Positions 23,536 to 35,833 of a stretch of 64,000 bases of DNA are shown in pieces. The translations under genes were made by a program, and so were the position numbers. The DNA is from an uncultured Gemmatimonadales bacterium (GTDB taxonomy: Bacteria > Gemmatimonadota > Gemmatimonadetes > Gemmatimonadales > Gemmatimonadaceae). The stretch is from assembly GCA_963701965.1 (NCBI GenBank), contig OY969695.1, positions 96,001 through 160,000 of the forward strand. Reading direction: 5' to 3'. The number at the start of each line of letters is the position of its first letter. Position 1 is the stretch's first letter. Under the pieces are notes generated by a model, which did not search any database, was not told the origin of the DNA, and was given only the letters and a program-made list of their open reading frames with translations.

Positions 23536-23553
23536 GGTCGGCCTCGCGGCAAA

Positions 23554-23582
23554 CAAAAAGGGTCGCCGTGGCGACCCTTTTG
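23554..23582. terminator. Bidirectional intrinsic terminator between convergent desA and rpmG
   Basis: caaaaagggtcgcc-gt-ggcgacccttttg: GC stem flanked by A and T tracts. Confidence 0.8.
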
Positions 23583-23644
23583 CGTTTGGCTGAATCAGAA
23601 GGGGTCGCACAGCGACCCCGCTTGAATTCAGCGAAGCGTCCCTG

Positions 23645-23812
23645 TTACTTCAGCTTCGTTTCCTTGTAGGTGACGTGCTTGCGCGCCACCGGATCGAACT
23701 TCATCAGCTCGATCTTTTCCGGCGTCGTCTTCTTGTTCTTGTCGGTCGTGTAGAAGTGACCGGTCCCGGCGCTCGATTCGAGCTTGATCTTCTCGCGTCC
23801 ACCCTTGGCCAT
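23645..23812 (-). CDS. rpmG: 50S ribosomal protein L33
   Basis: Read manually: [55 protein letters not shown]. Confidence 0.97.
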   Translation of the reverse strand: MAKGGREKIKLESSAGTGHFYTTDKNKKTTPEKIELMKFDPVARKHVTYKETKLK

Positions 23813-23824
23813 GGCTGGTGCTCC

Positions 23825-24058
23825 TTAGATTTCGCCGCGCGCGCGCAGATCGGCGACGACCTGCTCGATGCCGACCTTGTCGATCAGCCTGAGCGCAGCG
23901 TTGGTGATGCGCAGGCGAACCCAGCGGTTCTCGCCCTCGACCCAGAACCGGCGGTAGTGCAGGTTGGGCAGGAAGCGGCGCTTCGTTTTGTTGTTGGCGT
24001 GGGAAACGTTGTTCCCGACCATCGGGCGCTTGCCCGTTACCTGACAGACGCGTGCCAT
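23825..24058 (-). CDS. rpmB: 50S ribosomal protein L28
   Basis: [33 protein letters not shown]. Confidence 0.98.
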   Translation of the reverse strand: MARVCQVTGKRPMVGNNVSHANNKTKRRFLPNLHYRRFWVEGENRWVRLRITNAALRLIDKVGIEQVVADLRARGEI

Positions 24059-24163
24059 GACGCTTCTCCGTGACTAGCTGGGTGAGAGGGTGCCTGCGCG
24101 GCGCGAAGGCGCGGCGCGGCAAAGCCCGGCATTATAGCCGGCGGATCGGTCCGGCGCAGCCCG

Positions 24164-25192
<1,029 letters not shown>

Positions 25193-25296
25193 TCATGGCA
25201 TCAACGCGCGTAATGGTGACAATAGCCCCGTCCTGCGAGGCGTGCGTTTTTCCACGTCCCGTGGGCGTCGCGCCCGCAACCAGAAAGGCTTTACCG

Positions 25297-25962
25297 ATGG
25301 CGATGCTCTCGAACCTCGATCTCATCCGGCGAGTCCCGCTCTTTTCGTTGCTGACGAACGATCAGGCGCAAGGCATCGCCGACAGCGTCGTCAAGCGGCG
25401 CTTCAGGCGCGGCGAGATCGTCGTCGAACATGGCAAGAAGTCGAATGCCCTCTTCATCCTGCTGACCGGCCGGGCGCGCGTGCTGACCGCCGACTCGCGC
25501 GGCCGCGAGGTCATCCTCGCCGTGCTCCAGTCGGGCGACTACGTCGGCGAGATGAGCCTGATCGACAACGAGCCGCATTCGGCGACGGTGCGCGCCGAGG
25601 TCCAGACCGACATGCTGATCCTCGGCCGCGCCGAGTTCGCGCGCTGCCTGCCCGAGAACTCGAGCCTGTCGTACGCGATCATGCGCGGCCTGGTGCAGCG
25701 CCTGCGCAGCGCCGACCGGCAGATCGAGTCGCTCGCGCTGCTCGACGTCTACGGCCGGGTCGCGCGCACGCTGCTCGACATGTCGGAGATGGAAGGCGAG
25801 GTCAAGATCATCCGCAACAAGGTCTCGCGCCAGGACCTGGCCAAGGTCGTCGGCGCTTCGCGCGAGATGGTGAGCCGGGTGATGAAGGACCTCGAAGGCC
25901 GCGGCATGGTGCAGACGCAGGAGAACGGCTGGGTCATCATCAAGGAGCAGCTCACGGGCTGA
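25297..25962 (+). CDS. Crp/Fnr family transcriptional regulator
   Basis: cNMP-binding domain (VGEMSLID..PHSATV) and HTH (RQDLAKVVGASREMVSR). Confidence 0.93.
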   Translation: MAMLSNLDLIRRVPLFSLLTNDQAQGIADSVVKRRFRRGEIVVEHGKKSNALFILLTGRARVLTADSRGREVILAVLQSGDYVGEMSLIDNEPHSATVRAEVQTDMLILGRAEFARCLPENSSLSYAIMRGLVQRLRSADRQIESLALLDVYGRVARTLLDMSEMEGEVKIIRNKVSRQDLAKVVGASREMVSRVMKDLEGRGMVQTQENGWVIIKEQLTG

Positions 25963-25993
25963 GCGCGCTCTGCCGCTCGGCGACAATCGAGCG

Positions 25994-28334
25994 ATGACTT
26001 TTCCCCTTGGTTCGCTGCGCGGCGAAGGCGCTGAATCCGCGCCGCGCCACGGCCTCTCGCATGCCGCCGCGCCGAGCTGGCGCGAGCAGGTTCTGCTGCT
26101 CGTCGGCGCCGTCGCCTGGCTGCTCGCGGTGCTCGCGCTGGCGACGCACAACGCCGCCGACCCGGGCTTTTCGACCTCGGGCAGCGGCGCGCCGATCCAG
26201 AACCGGGTCGGCTCGCTCGGCGCGTGGCTCTCCGACGCCGCCTTCTTCCTGGTCGGCTACTCGGTCTGGTGGGCGGTGCTGGTCGGCGCGCGCGCCTGGC
26301 TCGGCGCGCTCGCCCATGCCCTGCGCAGCCACGACGCCGTCGCCGCCGACGGCATCGCCGCCAAGCCGCCGGCGTGGCCGATGTGGCTCGGCCTCGCGCT
26401 CCTGCTCGTCGCCAGCGCCTCGCTCGAGTGGACGCGCCTCTACCAATGGGAGGCGCAGGTCGCGGGCGGCAATGCCGGCGGCGTGCTCGGCGCCGTCCTC
26501 GGCAAGGCGAGCCAGAGCCTGCTCGGCTTCGCCGGCTCGGGCGTGCTCTGGATCGCCGTGCTGGTCGCCGCCGCGTCGATGGCGCTGCGCTTCTCCTGGC
26601 TGCGCGTTGCCGACGCGCTCGGCGCGGCGATCGAGTCGCTGCGCAATCGCCGCGTCGAGCGGATCGAGCGCGCCGAGGACGCGCGCCTCGGCGCCGCGGC
26701 CGTGCGCGAGCGCGACGAGGTGCTCGAAGTCGCGCACGAGCTGAGCGAGCAGCACCTGCCGCTGGTGATCGAGCCGACGCTGGTCGACGTGCCGAAGAGC
26801 ACGCGCGTCGTCAAGGAGCGGCAGAAGCCGCTCTTCAGCGAGCTGGTCGACACCAAGCTGCCGCAGGTCGACCTGCTCGACTCGGCGCCGCAGCGCGTCG
26901 AGAGCGTCAGCGCCGAATCGATCGAGATGACCTCGCGCCTGATCGAGAAGCGCCTCAAGGACTTCGGCGTCGAGGTGCGCGTCGTCGCCGCCTCGCCCGG
27001 GCCGGTGATCACGCGCTACGAGATCGAGCCGGCCGCTCGGCGTCAAGGGCGCGCAGGTCGTGAGCCTGGCCAAGGACCTGGCGCGCTCGCTCGGCCTGGT
27101 GTCGATCCGCGTCGTCGAGACGATTCCCGGCAAGACGACGATGGCGCTCGAGCTGCCGAACGCGAAGCGGCAGACGATCCGTCTTTCCGAGGTGCTCGGC
27201 TCGCAGGCCTATGCCGATTCCGGCTCGCAGCTCACGCTCGGCCTCGGCAAGGACATCGTCGGCCTGCCGGTCGTCGCCGACCTGCAGAAGATGCCGCACT
27301 GCCTGGTCGCCGGCACCACCGGCGCGGGCAAGTCGGTCGGCATCAACGCGATGATCCTGTCGCTGCTCTACAAGGCCGAGGCGCGCGACGTCCGGCTGAT
27401 CCTGATCGACCCGAAGATGCTCGAGATGAGCGTCTACGAAGGCATCCCGCATCTGCTCTGCCCGGTCGTCACCGACATGAAGCAGGCCGCCAACGCGCTC
27501 AGCTGGGGCGTCGGCGAGATGGAGCGGCGCTACAAGCTGATGAGCAGCCTCGGCGTTCGCAACCTCGCGAGCTACAACAAGAAGATCGCCGAGGCGGCCG
27601 CGAGCGGCACGCCGATCACCAATCCGTTCAGCCTCACGCCCGAGCAGCCCGAGCCGCTCGAGCGGCTGCCGTTCATCGTCATCGTCATCGACGAGCTCGC
27701 CGACCTGATGATGGTCGTCGGCAAGAAGATCGAGGAGCTGATCGCGCGCCTGGCGCAGAAGGCGCGCGCCTCGGGCGTGCACCTGATCCTGGCGACGCAG
27801 CGGCCGAGCGTCGACGTCATCACCGGCCTGATCAAGGCCAACATCCCGACCCGGCTCTCGTTCCAGGTCTCGAGCAAGATCGACTCGCGAACGATCCTCG
27901 ACCAGATGGGCGCCGAGGCGCTGCTCGGCATGGGCGACATGCTCTACCTGACCTCGGGCAGCGGCATGCCGGTGCGCGTGCACGGCGCCTTCGTCAGCGA
28001 CGACGAGGTGCATCGCGTCGTCGCCTACCTGAAGAGCCAGGGCGAGCCGAACTACATCGAGGGCATCCTCGAAGGCGGCACGCTCGACGGCGACGCGGGC
28101 GACGCCGAAGGCCCGGCCGGCGCCGGCAGCGGCGAGAGCGACCCGATGTACGACCAGGCGGTCGGCATCGTGCTGCAGCACCGCCGCGCCTCGATCTCGC
28201 TGGTGCAGCGCCACTTGCGCATCGGCTACAACCGCGCCGCGCGATTGCTGGAACAAATGGAGAAATCCGGGCTCGTATCGGGCATGGCGACCAACGGCAA
28301 CCGCGACATCCTCGTCCCGGCACGCGCGGAGTGA
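25994..28334 (+). CDS. ftsK: DNA translocase FtsK (frameshift near 27035)
   Basis: N-terminal TM domain, [34 protein letters not shown], gamma domain [10 protein letters not shown]. Confidence 0.96.
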
Positions 28335-28951
28335 AGCGTTCCCTCAGGCTCGGCCTGGCGCTCGCGGCCGCGCTCGCGGCACTGCCGCTTGCGCTCGCCG
28401 ATCCGGTCGAGACGCTGCGCGGCTTCGTCCGCGACGTGAAGAGCGGCCGCGCCACCTTCATCCAGACCGTCACTTCGCCCGACGGCGCCAAGAAGAAGAC
28501 CTCGTCGGGCAGCTTCGACTTCGCGCGCCCGAACCGCTTTCGCTTCGCCTACGCCAAGCCGTTCGAGCAGACCATCGTCGGCGACGGCGAGAAGGTCTGG
28601 ATCTACGACGCCGACCTGAACCAGGTGAGCGTGAGAAAGCTCGGCCAGGCGCTCGGCGCGACGCCGGCGGCACTGCTCGCCGGCGGCTCGCTCGAGCGCG
28701 ATTTCGATCTCGCGAACCTGCCGGCGCGCGACGGCCTCGATTGGGCCGAGGCGAAGCCGAAAGCCAAGGACGGCGCCTTCCAGGCGGTCCGCGTCGGCTT
28801 CAAGGGCAAGGACCTGGCGGCGCTCGAGATCATCGACAGCTTCGGCCAGAAGTCGCTGCTCCAGTTCAGCGGCTTCGCCGCCAACACGGCGATTGCGCCG
28901 GAGACTTTCCGCTTCGCGGTGCCGCCCGGCGCCGACGTGATCGAGCAGTAG
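28331..28951 (+). CDS. lolA: Outer membrane lipoprotein carrier LolA
   Basis: Signal peptide; [25 protein letters not shown]; position after ftsK. Confidence 0.93.
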   Translation: MKRSLRLGLALAAALAALPLALADPVETLRGFVRDVKSGRATFIQTVTSPDGAKKKTSSGSFDFARPNRFRFAYAKPFEQTIVGDGEKVWIYDADLNQVSVRKLGQALGATPAALLAGGSLERDFDLANLPARDGLDWAEAKPKAKDGAFQAVRVGFKGKDLAALEIIDSFGQKSLLQFSGFAANTAIAPETFRFAVPPGADVIEQ

Positions 28952-28953
28952 AT

Positions 28954-30219
28954 TCAGGCGAGCGAGGCGACGAGCACGGCGTTGGTTCCGCCGAAGGCGA
29001 ACGAGTTCGACATCGCGTGGCGCAGGTCGGCGCGTGCCGCGCGCGGCGCCGATGACGAGATCGATCGCGAACGCCGGATCGGCGGCGCCCGTGTGGGCAG
29101 TCGGCGGCAGTCGGCCCGACGCCAGGGCGCGCAACGCCGCCAACAGCTCGATCGCGCCGCCGGCGCCGAGCAGGTGGCCGTGGATCGCCTTGGTCGAGCT
29201 GACCGGCACGCCGTGGGCGCCGAACACGGCGGCGATCGATTCGGCTTCGGCGGCATCGCCGGGAATCGTCGCCGTGCCGTGGGCATTGAGGTAGCCGACG
29301 GCGTCGGCTTCGAGCCCGGCGTCGGCGAGCGCGGCGCGCATCGCCCGCGCCTGACCGGCGCGCGTCGGGATTGGTGATGTGGACGCCATCGCAGTTGGTC
29401 GCGTAGCCGGTCAGTGCGAGCTGCGGCCGCACGCCGCGCGCGCGCGCATGCTCGGCCGACTCGAGAACGAACGCCGCCGCCGCTTCGCCGAGCGCGAAGC
29501 CGGCGCGGTCGGCGGCGAACGGCCGGCACGATGCCGCGACCGCCGCGGCGTCGCCGGCCGACGTGCCGAGCGGCACCAGCACGCGCATCGCCTGCCAGCT
29601 CGCGAGCACGCCCGGCGTCAGCATCGACTCGCTGCCGCCGGCGATGGCGACGTCGATCCAGCCGGCGCGGATGGCACGCATCGCCTCGCCGATCGCGACC
29701 GCCGACGAGGCGCAGGCGCAGGCATAGCCGAGCGCGGCGCCGCGGGCGCCGAAGAGGAGGGCGATCTCGGCCAGCGGCGCGTTCGGCATCGTCGTCACGA
29801 CGCTGGTGGGCCGCATCCGGCGGCGATCGGCATAGACCGTGCGGCAGGTGGCCTCGAAGGTCGCCGCGCCGGCCATGCCGCTGCCCCAGAAGATGCCGAG
29901 CCGGTCGCGATCGAAGTCGCCGGGGGCGAGACGCGCGGCCGCCGCGGCAGAGCGCGCTGCGGCGAGGGCCATCGCCGTCGGCGCGATCGAGCGGCACCCG
30001 CGACGGCGCGACCTCGGCGGCGGCATCGAAGTCAGCCGGCGCCACCGGCACCGGCGGCAGCTCGATGCCCGGCAGGTCGAGCGCCTGCGCGCGCACCGCC
30101 GAGCGGCCGGCGAAGAGCGCCGCATCGAACGCCGCGAGCGTGTTGCCGAGCGGGCTGATGACGCCGGCGCCCGAGACGACGACCGGCGCGCCGGCCCGGG
30201 CGCTAGGCGGCCGCGGCAT
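28954..30219 (-). CDS. Beta-ketoacyl-ACP synthase, FabF/NodE-like (frameshifted)
   Basis: ACASS (catalytic Cys), NAHGTAT, GHLLGA (Cys-His-His), SWQAMRVL..CRPFAADRAGFALGE, SNSFAFGGTNA. Confidence 0.9.
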   Translation of the reverse strand: MPRPPSARAGAPVVVSGAGVISPLGNTLAAFDAALFAGRSAVRAQALDLPGIELPPVPVAPADFDAAAEVAPSRVPLDRADGDGPRRSALCRGGRASRPRRLRSRPARHLLGQRHGRRGDLRGHLPHGLCRSPPDAAHQRRDDDAERAAGRDRPPLRRPRRRARLCLRLRLVGGRDRRGDACHPRRLDRRRHRRRQRVDADAGRARELAGDARAGAARHVGRRRRGGRGIVPAVRRRPRRLRARRSGGGVRSRVGRACARARRAAAARTDRLRDQLRWRPHHQSRRAPVRRGRCAPRSPTPGSKPTPSATSMPTARRRFPAMPPKPNRSPPCSAPTACRSARPRRSTATCSAPAARSSCWRRCAPWRRADCRRLPTRAPPIRRSRSISSSAPRAARADLRHAMSNSFAFGGTNAVLVASLA

Positions 30220-30478
30220 CGCGCGACGGCTTCGCCGCGACCGCCTCGTCGAGCAGCAGCGCCAGATGCTCGAGCGTGACGCCGGCCTGGCGCGGGTCGA
30301 GCCGGTCCTCGGGGATGCGCACGTCGAAGCGATCCTCGACCGCGAACACGAACTCCATCAGCGCGAGCGAATCGAGGCCGAGCTGGTCGAGCGTGGCCTG
30401 CGGCCGGACCGCATCCGCGTCGACGTGGAACTGCTCGACCAGCACGGAGGTGAGGGTGGCGAAGGTCGACGATGTCAT
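30203..30478 (-). CDS. Acyl carrier protein
   Basis: LGLDSLALMEFVFAVEDRF phosphopantetheine motif. Confidence 0.92.
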   Translation of the reverse strand: MTSSTFATLTSVLVEQFHVDADAVRPQATLDQLGLDSLALMEFVFAVEDRFDVRIPEDRLDPRQAGVTLEHLALLLDEAVAAKPSRDAAAA

Positions 30479-30606
30479 GGAGCGGGCAGCGGCCGATGGC
30501 TGACGATGGCGCGATCTTATGTCCCGTCTCCGATGCCCCGCCTCGCCGGGCGCCGACGGCGACGCGGCAGAATCGGCTCGCGCCGCGCCGGCGCCCGCCT
30601 TGACCC

Positions 30607-31923
30607 GTGCCCCAAACCTCGCTCGAGCTCGGCTTCGCCGACCCCGCCGCCGCGCCGCTCGCCGAACGGCTGCGGCCGAAGACGCTCGACGAGGTGATCG
30701 GCCAGCGCCACCTGCTCGGTCCCGGCAAGCCGCTGCGCGCCGCCTTCGAGTCTGGGCGGCTGCACTCGATGATCCTCTGGGGTCCGCCCGGCACCGGCAA
30801 GACGACGCTGGCGCGCCTGATGGCCGACGCCTTCGACGCCCAGTTCATCGCCATGTCGGCGGTGCTCGGCGGCGTCAAGGACATCCGCGAGGCGGTCGAG
30901 CGGGCACAGGCGGCGCGAAGTTCGGGTCGGGCGACGGTCATCTTCGTCGACGAGGTGCACCGCTTCAACAAGAGCCAGCAGGATGCCTTCCTGCCGCATG
31001 TCGAGTCGGGCCTCTTGACCTTCATCGGCGCGACCACGGAGAACCCGTCGTTCGAGGTCAACTCCGCGCTGCTGTCGCGCGCGACGGTGCACGTGCTGAA
31101 GCCGCTCGACGACGACGACCTGAAGACGCTGCTCGATCGCGCCCATGCGCTGCTCGAGGCTCCACCGCTGGCCGAAGCGGCGAGGACACGGCTCATCGGC
31201 TATGCCGACGGCGATGCGCGGCGGCTGCTCAACGCCTACGAGAACCTGGTCGCGACGGTCGCGTCGCAGCATCCGGCGGTCATCGACGAGGCGATGCTGG
31301 AGCACGCGCTCGGCGAGCAGCTGCGCCGCTACGACAAGGGCGGCGAGCAGTTCTACGACACGATCTCGGCGCTGCACAAGGCGGTGCGCGGCAGCGACCC
31401 CGACGCCTCGCTGTACTGGTTCGTGCGCATGGTCGACGGCGGCGTCGATCCGCGCTATGCGGCGCGCCGGCTGGTGCGGATGGCGAGCGAGGACATCGGC
31501 CTGGCCGATCCGCGCGCGCTCCGGATCGCCCTCGACGCCGCCGAGACCTACGAGCGGCTCGGCTCGCCCGAGGGCGAGCTGGCGCTGGCCGAGGCGGTCG
31601 TCTACCTCGCCATGGCGCCCAAGAGCAACGCCGTCTACAGCGCCTACAACGCGGCGCGCGCCTATATCAAGGCCGATCGGACCCGGCCGGTGCCGCTGCG
31701 CCTGCGCAACGCGCCGACGCCGCTGATGAAGGGCCTCGACTACGGCAAGGGCTATCGCTACGCCCACGACGAAGCGGGCGCGTTCGCCGCCGGCGAGCGC
31801 TACTGGCCCGACGACATGGAAGCGCAGAGCTTCTATCGCCCGGTCGAGCGCGGCCTCGAGATCTCGATCGGCGAGCGCCTCGCCGAGTTGCGGCGCCTGA
31901 ACGACGAAGCCAAGGATCAGTAG
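30607..31923 (+). CDS. rarA: Replication-associated recombination protein A
   Basis: PLAERLRP, WGPPGTGKTT, DEVHRFNKSQQD, ATTENPSF, SEDIGLADP. Confidence 0.96.
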   Translation: MPQTSLELGFADPAAAPLAERLRPKTLDEVIGQRHLLGPGKPLRAAFESGRLHSMILWGPPGTGKTTLARLMADAFDAQFIAMSAVLGGVKDIREAVERAQAARSSGRATVIFVDEVHRFNKSQQDAFLPHVESGLLTFIGATTENPSFEVNSALLSRATVHVLKPLDDDDLKTLLDRAHALLEAPPLAEAARTRLIGYADGDARRLLNAYENLVATVASQHPAVIDEAMLEHALGEQLRRYDKGGEQFYDTISALHKAVRGSDPDASLYWFVRMVDGGVDPRYAARRLVRMASEDIGLADPRALRIALDAAETYERLGSPEGELALAEAVVYLAMAPKSNAVYSAYNAARAYIKADRTRPVPLRLRNAPTPLMKGLDYGKGYRYAHDEAGAFAAGERYWPDDMEAQSFYRPVERGLEISIGERLAELRRLNDEAKDQ

Positions 31924-32783
31924 CCGCGCTTGAGCCGCGTCGGCGTGCGCTTCAGCACCGCATCGGGGATGAAGAAGTCGGCCTGCAGCGGCTTGTCGCC
32001 GGCACCCGGCGCATAGGCGGAAAAATCGGTCATCCCCTCCTCGCGCAGCACCTCCTCGTCGATGAAGAAGTTGCCGCTGCACGTGCTGGCTGGCCGGGCG
32101 AGGATCGCGTAGGCGGCGTCGGCCATGATCTCGGCGCTGCGGCAGTCGGCGGCCATCGCGTCGCCGCCGAGGGCGAAGCGGACTGCGGCGGTGTCGATCG
32201 CGGTCAGCGGCCAGAGCGAGTTGACGCCGACCTTGCCCTTGAACTCCGCCGCCATGCCGAGCGTGCACAGGCTCATGCCGAACTTGGCCATCGTGTAGGC
32301 GACGTGCGGCGCGAACCACTTCGGATCCATGTCGAGCGGCGGCGCGAGGTTGAGGATGTGCGGGTTGGCCGCCTCGAGCAGGTGCGGCAGGGTCAGCTTC
32401 GAGCACAGGAACGTGCCACGCGCGTTGACCTGGCTCATCAGGTCGTAGCGCTTCATGTCGGTCACGAGCGTGCCGGTGAGCGAGATCGCGCTGGCGTTGT
32501 TGACGCAGACGTCGATGCCGCCGAACGCCGCAACGCCCTGGGCGACGGCCGCCTTGACCTGCTCCTCGTCGCGGATGTCGCAGACCACCGGCAGCGCCTT
32601 GCCGCCGGCGGCCTCGACCGCGGCGGCCGCGCTGTAGATCGTTCCCGGCAGCTTCGGATGCGGCTCGGCCGTCTTGGCAGCGAGGATGATGCGGGCGCCG
32701 TCCTTCGCCAGCCGGCAGGCGATGGCCAGGCCGATGCCGCGGCTAGCGCCCGAGATGAAGATCGTCTTCCCCTGGAGTGTCAT
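31917..32783 (-). CDS. SDR oxidoreductase (HSDL2-like)
   Basis: SGASRGIG, KTAEPHPKLPGTI, NNASAI, YTMAK. Confidence 0.9.
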   Translation of the reverse strand: MTLQGKTIFISGASRGIGLAIACRLAKDGARIILAAKTAEPHPKLPGTIYSAAAAVEAAGGKALPVVCDIRDEEQVKAAVAQGVAAFGGIDVCVNNASAISLTGTLVTDMKRYDLMSQVNARGTFLCSKLTLPHLLEAANPHILNLAPPLDMDPKWFAPHVAYTMAKFGMSLCTLGMAAEFKGKVGVNSLWPLTAIDTAAVRFALGGDAMAADCRSAEIMADAAYAILARPASTCSGNFFIDEEVLREEGMTDFSAYAPGAGDKPLQADFFIPDAVLKRTPTRLKRGY

Positions 32784-32911
32784 CGCCGTCTCCCCCGGTC
32801 GCTCGGCGCCGAGCGTTGTCCAGTTCGCCGCCAAAGTCAACTCGGCGCGGCGCCGTCCATCGGGCCAGTCCCTAGGCAATGGCAGGGGAATTGCTAATAG
32901 AGTCGGCGCGC

Positions 32912-33835
32912 ATGGAGACCTTCGTCCAGCAGATCATCAACGGCCTGGTGCTGGGCAGCGTCTACGCGCTGGTGGCGCTCGGCTACACGATGGTCTACGG
33001 GATCATCAACCTGATCAACTTCGCCCACGGCGAGGTGCTGATGGTCGGTGCGCTGACGAGCTGGACCGTCGTCACCGCGCTCGCCGACTTCGGCCTGCCG
33101 GGCTGGGCGCTGCTCCTGATCGGCCTGGTGGCCGCGGTGATCGTCTGCTCGGTGCTCAACTTCACGATCGAGAAGATCGCCTACCGGCCACTGCGGAACG
33201 CGCCGCGCCTGGCGCCCCTGATCACCGCGATGGGGATGAGTCTCCTGCTGCAGACGCTGGCGATGATCATCTGGAAGCCGAACTACAAGTCGTTCCCGAT
33301 CCTGCTTCCCGGCGATCCGCACGTGGTCTTCGGCGCGGTCATCAACAACGTCCAGATCCTGATCCTGGTGATGACGGTCGTGACCCTGAGCGGGCTGATG
33401 TACCTGGTCAACCGCACCAAGCTCGGCCGGGCGATGCGCGCCACCGCCGAGAACCCGCGCGTCGCCGCGCTCATGGGCGTCAAGCCCGACACCGTCATCT
33501 CGGCCACGTTCGTCATCGGCGCCGCGCTCGCCGCGCTCGCCGGCGTCATGTACGCGGCGAACTACGGCTCGGTGCAGCACACGATGGGCTTCCTGCCAGG
33601 CCTGAAGGCGTTCACGGCGGCGGTCTTCGGCGGCATCGGCAACCTTGCCGGGGCGATGGTCGGCGGCGTCCTGCTCGGCCTGATCGAATCGCTCGGCGCC
33701 GGCTACATCGGCGCCCTGACCGGCGGCGTCCTCGGCAGTCACTACCAGGACATCTTCGCTTTCATCGTCCTGATCCTCGTGCTCACGCTGCGTCCGCAAG
33801 GGTTGCTCGGCGAGCGGGTGGCCGATCGCGCATGA
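32912..33835 (+). CDS. livH: Branched-chain amino acid ABC transporter permease
   Basis: YALVALGYTMVYGIINLINFAHG, GLKAFTAAVFGGIG. Confidence 0.93.
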   Translation: METFVQQIINGLVLGSVYALVALGYTMVYGIINLINFAHGEVLMVGALTSWTVVTALADFGLPGWALLLIGLVAAVIVCSVLNFTIEKIAYRPLRNAPRLAPLITAMGMSLLLQTLAMIIWKPNYKSFPILLPGDPHVVFGAVINNVQILILVMTVVTLSGLMYLVNRTKLGRAMRATAENPRVAALMGVKPDTVISATFVIGAALAALAGVMYAANYGSVQHTMGFLPGLKAFTAAVFGGIGNLAGAMVGGVLLGLIESLGAGYIGALTGGVLGSHYQDIFAFIVLILVLTLRPQGLLGERVADRA

Positions 33836-33845
33836 GGTCCCCCGC

Positions 33846-35059
33846 ATGACTCGATTCAGCGAAGCGACCCGTCAACAGAAGCTGGTGCGTCCTGATCGGC
33901 GCCGCGGTGCTGCTGTGCATCCTGCCGTTCGTGGTGCAGACGGCCGGCAACGCCTGGGTGCGGATCATCGACATCGCGCTCCTCTACGTGCTGCTCGCGC
34001 TCGGCCTGAACATCGTCGTCGGCTACGCCGGCCTGCTCGACCTCGGCTACGTCGCCTTCTACGCGGTCGGCGCCTACATGCTGGGCCTGCTCGCCTCGCC
34101 GCAGCTCACCGACACCTTCGCGACCTTCAAGGACGCCTTCCAGAACGGCCTGCACACGCCGTGGTGGGTCGTGATTCCGCTCGGCGCGCTGGTCGCCGGC
34201 GGGGCCGGCGTTCTGCTCGGCGCGCCGACGCTGAAGCTGCGCGGCGACTACCTCGCGATCGTCACGCTCGGCTTCGGCGAGATCGTGCGCGTCTTCCTGA
34301 ACAACCTCGACGCGCCGGTCAACATCACCAACGGTCCGAAGGGCATCACCGGCATCGACGAGATCTCGATCTTCGGCGTCTCGCTCGGCAAGACGCAGCA
34401 CTTCTTCGGCCTCGAATGGCCCAAGGTCACCAACTACTACTTCCTGTTCCTGCTCCTGGTCCTGTTCGCAGTGCTCATCTGCTATCGCCTCGAGCGCAGC
34501 CGGATCGGCCGCGCCTGGATGGCGATCCGCGAGGACGAGGTCGCGGCCAAGGCGATGGGCATCAACACGCGCAACCTGAAGCTGCTCGCGTTCGGCATGG
34601 GCGCCACCTTCGGCGGCGTCTCGGGGACGATGTTCGCGAGCTTCCAGGGCTTCATCTCGCCCGAGTCGTTCAGCCTGCAGGAGTCGATCATGATCGTGGC
34701 GATGGTCGTCCTCGGCGGCATCGGCCACCTGCCCGGCGTCATCGTCGGTTCCCTGTTGCTCGCCGCGCTGCCCGAGGTGCTGCGCTACGTCGCCGGGCCG
34801 CTGCAGCAGATGACCGACGGCCGGCTCGACGCGTCGATCCTGCGCCAGCTGCTGGTCGCGCTGGCGATGATCGGCATCATGCTGTCGCGGCCGCGCGGCC
34901 TCTGGCCTTCGCCCGAGCACGGCCGGATGCGCACCGGCGCCGACACGCCGGCGCCGCTGGCCTCGGTGGGCGAGCTGCCGGTCAAGCTGCCGCACGACCA
35001 GCCGCCGTCGACGCAGATCCCGCCGACTCACCGGCCACATCGTGCCGACCGATCGATGA
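33846..35059 (+). CDS. livM: Branched-chain amino acid ABC transporter permease (ends approximate, frameshifts)
   Basis: LGLNIVVGYAGLLDLG, RGDYLAIVTLGFGEI, AIREDEVAA. Confidence 0.92.
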
Positions 35060-35833
35060 GCGAGCCGATCCTGCGCGTGAGCGGCGTGTCGAAGCGATTC
35101 GGCGGCCTGCAGGCGCTCTCCGACGTCGGCATCACGATCGACGCCGGGCCAGGTCTACGGCCTGATCGGCCCGAACGGCGCCGGCAAGACGACCTTCTTC
35201 AACGTCCTCACCGGCCTCTACATGCCCGACTCGGGCAGCTTCGAGCTCGGCGGCAAGCCCTACCAGCCGAGCGCGGTGCACGAGGTCGCCAAGGCCGGCA
35301 TCGCGCGCACGTTCCAGAACATCCGCCTGTTCGCCGACATGACGGCGCTCGAGAACGTCATGGTCGGCCGCCACGTGCGCACGCATTCGGGCCTGGTCGG
35401 CGCGGTCTTTCGCACGCCGAAGTTCAAGGCCGAGGAAGCGGCGATCGCGGCGCGCGCGCAGGAGCTGCTCGACTACGTCGGCATCGGCGGCTTCGCCGAG
35501 TACAAGGCGCGCACGCTCAGCTATGGCGACCAGCGCCGGCTCGAGGTGGCGCGCGCGCTCGCCACCGACCCGAAGCTGATCGCCCTCGACGAGCCGGCGG
35601 CCGGCATGAACACGACCGAGAAGGTGACGCTGCGCGAGCTGATCGACCGCATCCGGAACGACGGCCGCACGATCCTGCTGATCGAGCACGACGTGAAGCT
35701 GGTGATGGGCCTGTGCGACCGCGTCACCGTGCTCGACTACGGCAAGCAGATCGCCGAAGGCACGCCGGCCGAGGTGCAGCGCAACGCCAAGGTGATCGAG
35801 GCCTATCTCGGAGCCGACCATGTCACCCACTGA
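35056..35833 (+). CDS. livG: Branched-chain amino acid ABC transporter ATPase (frameshift near 35150)
   Basis: KRFGGL, GPNGAGKT, RTFQNIRLF, LSYGDQRR, LDEPAAG. Confidence 0.93.
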
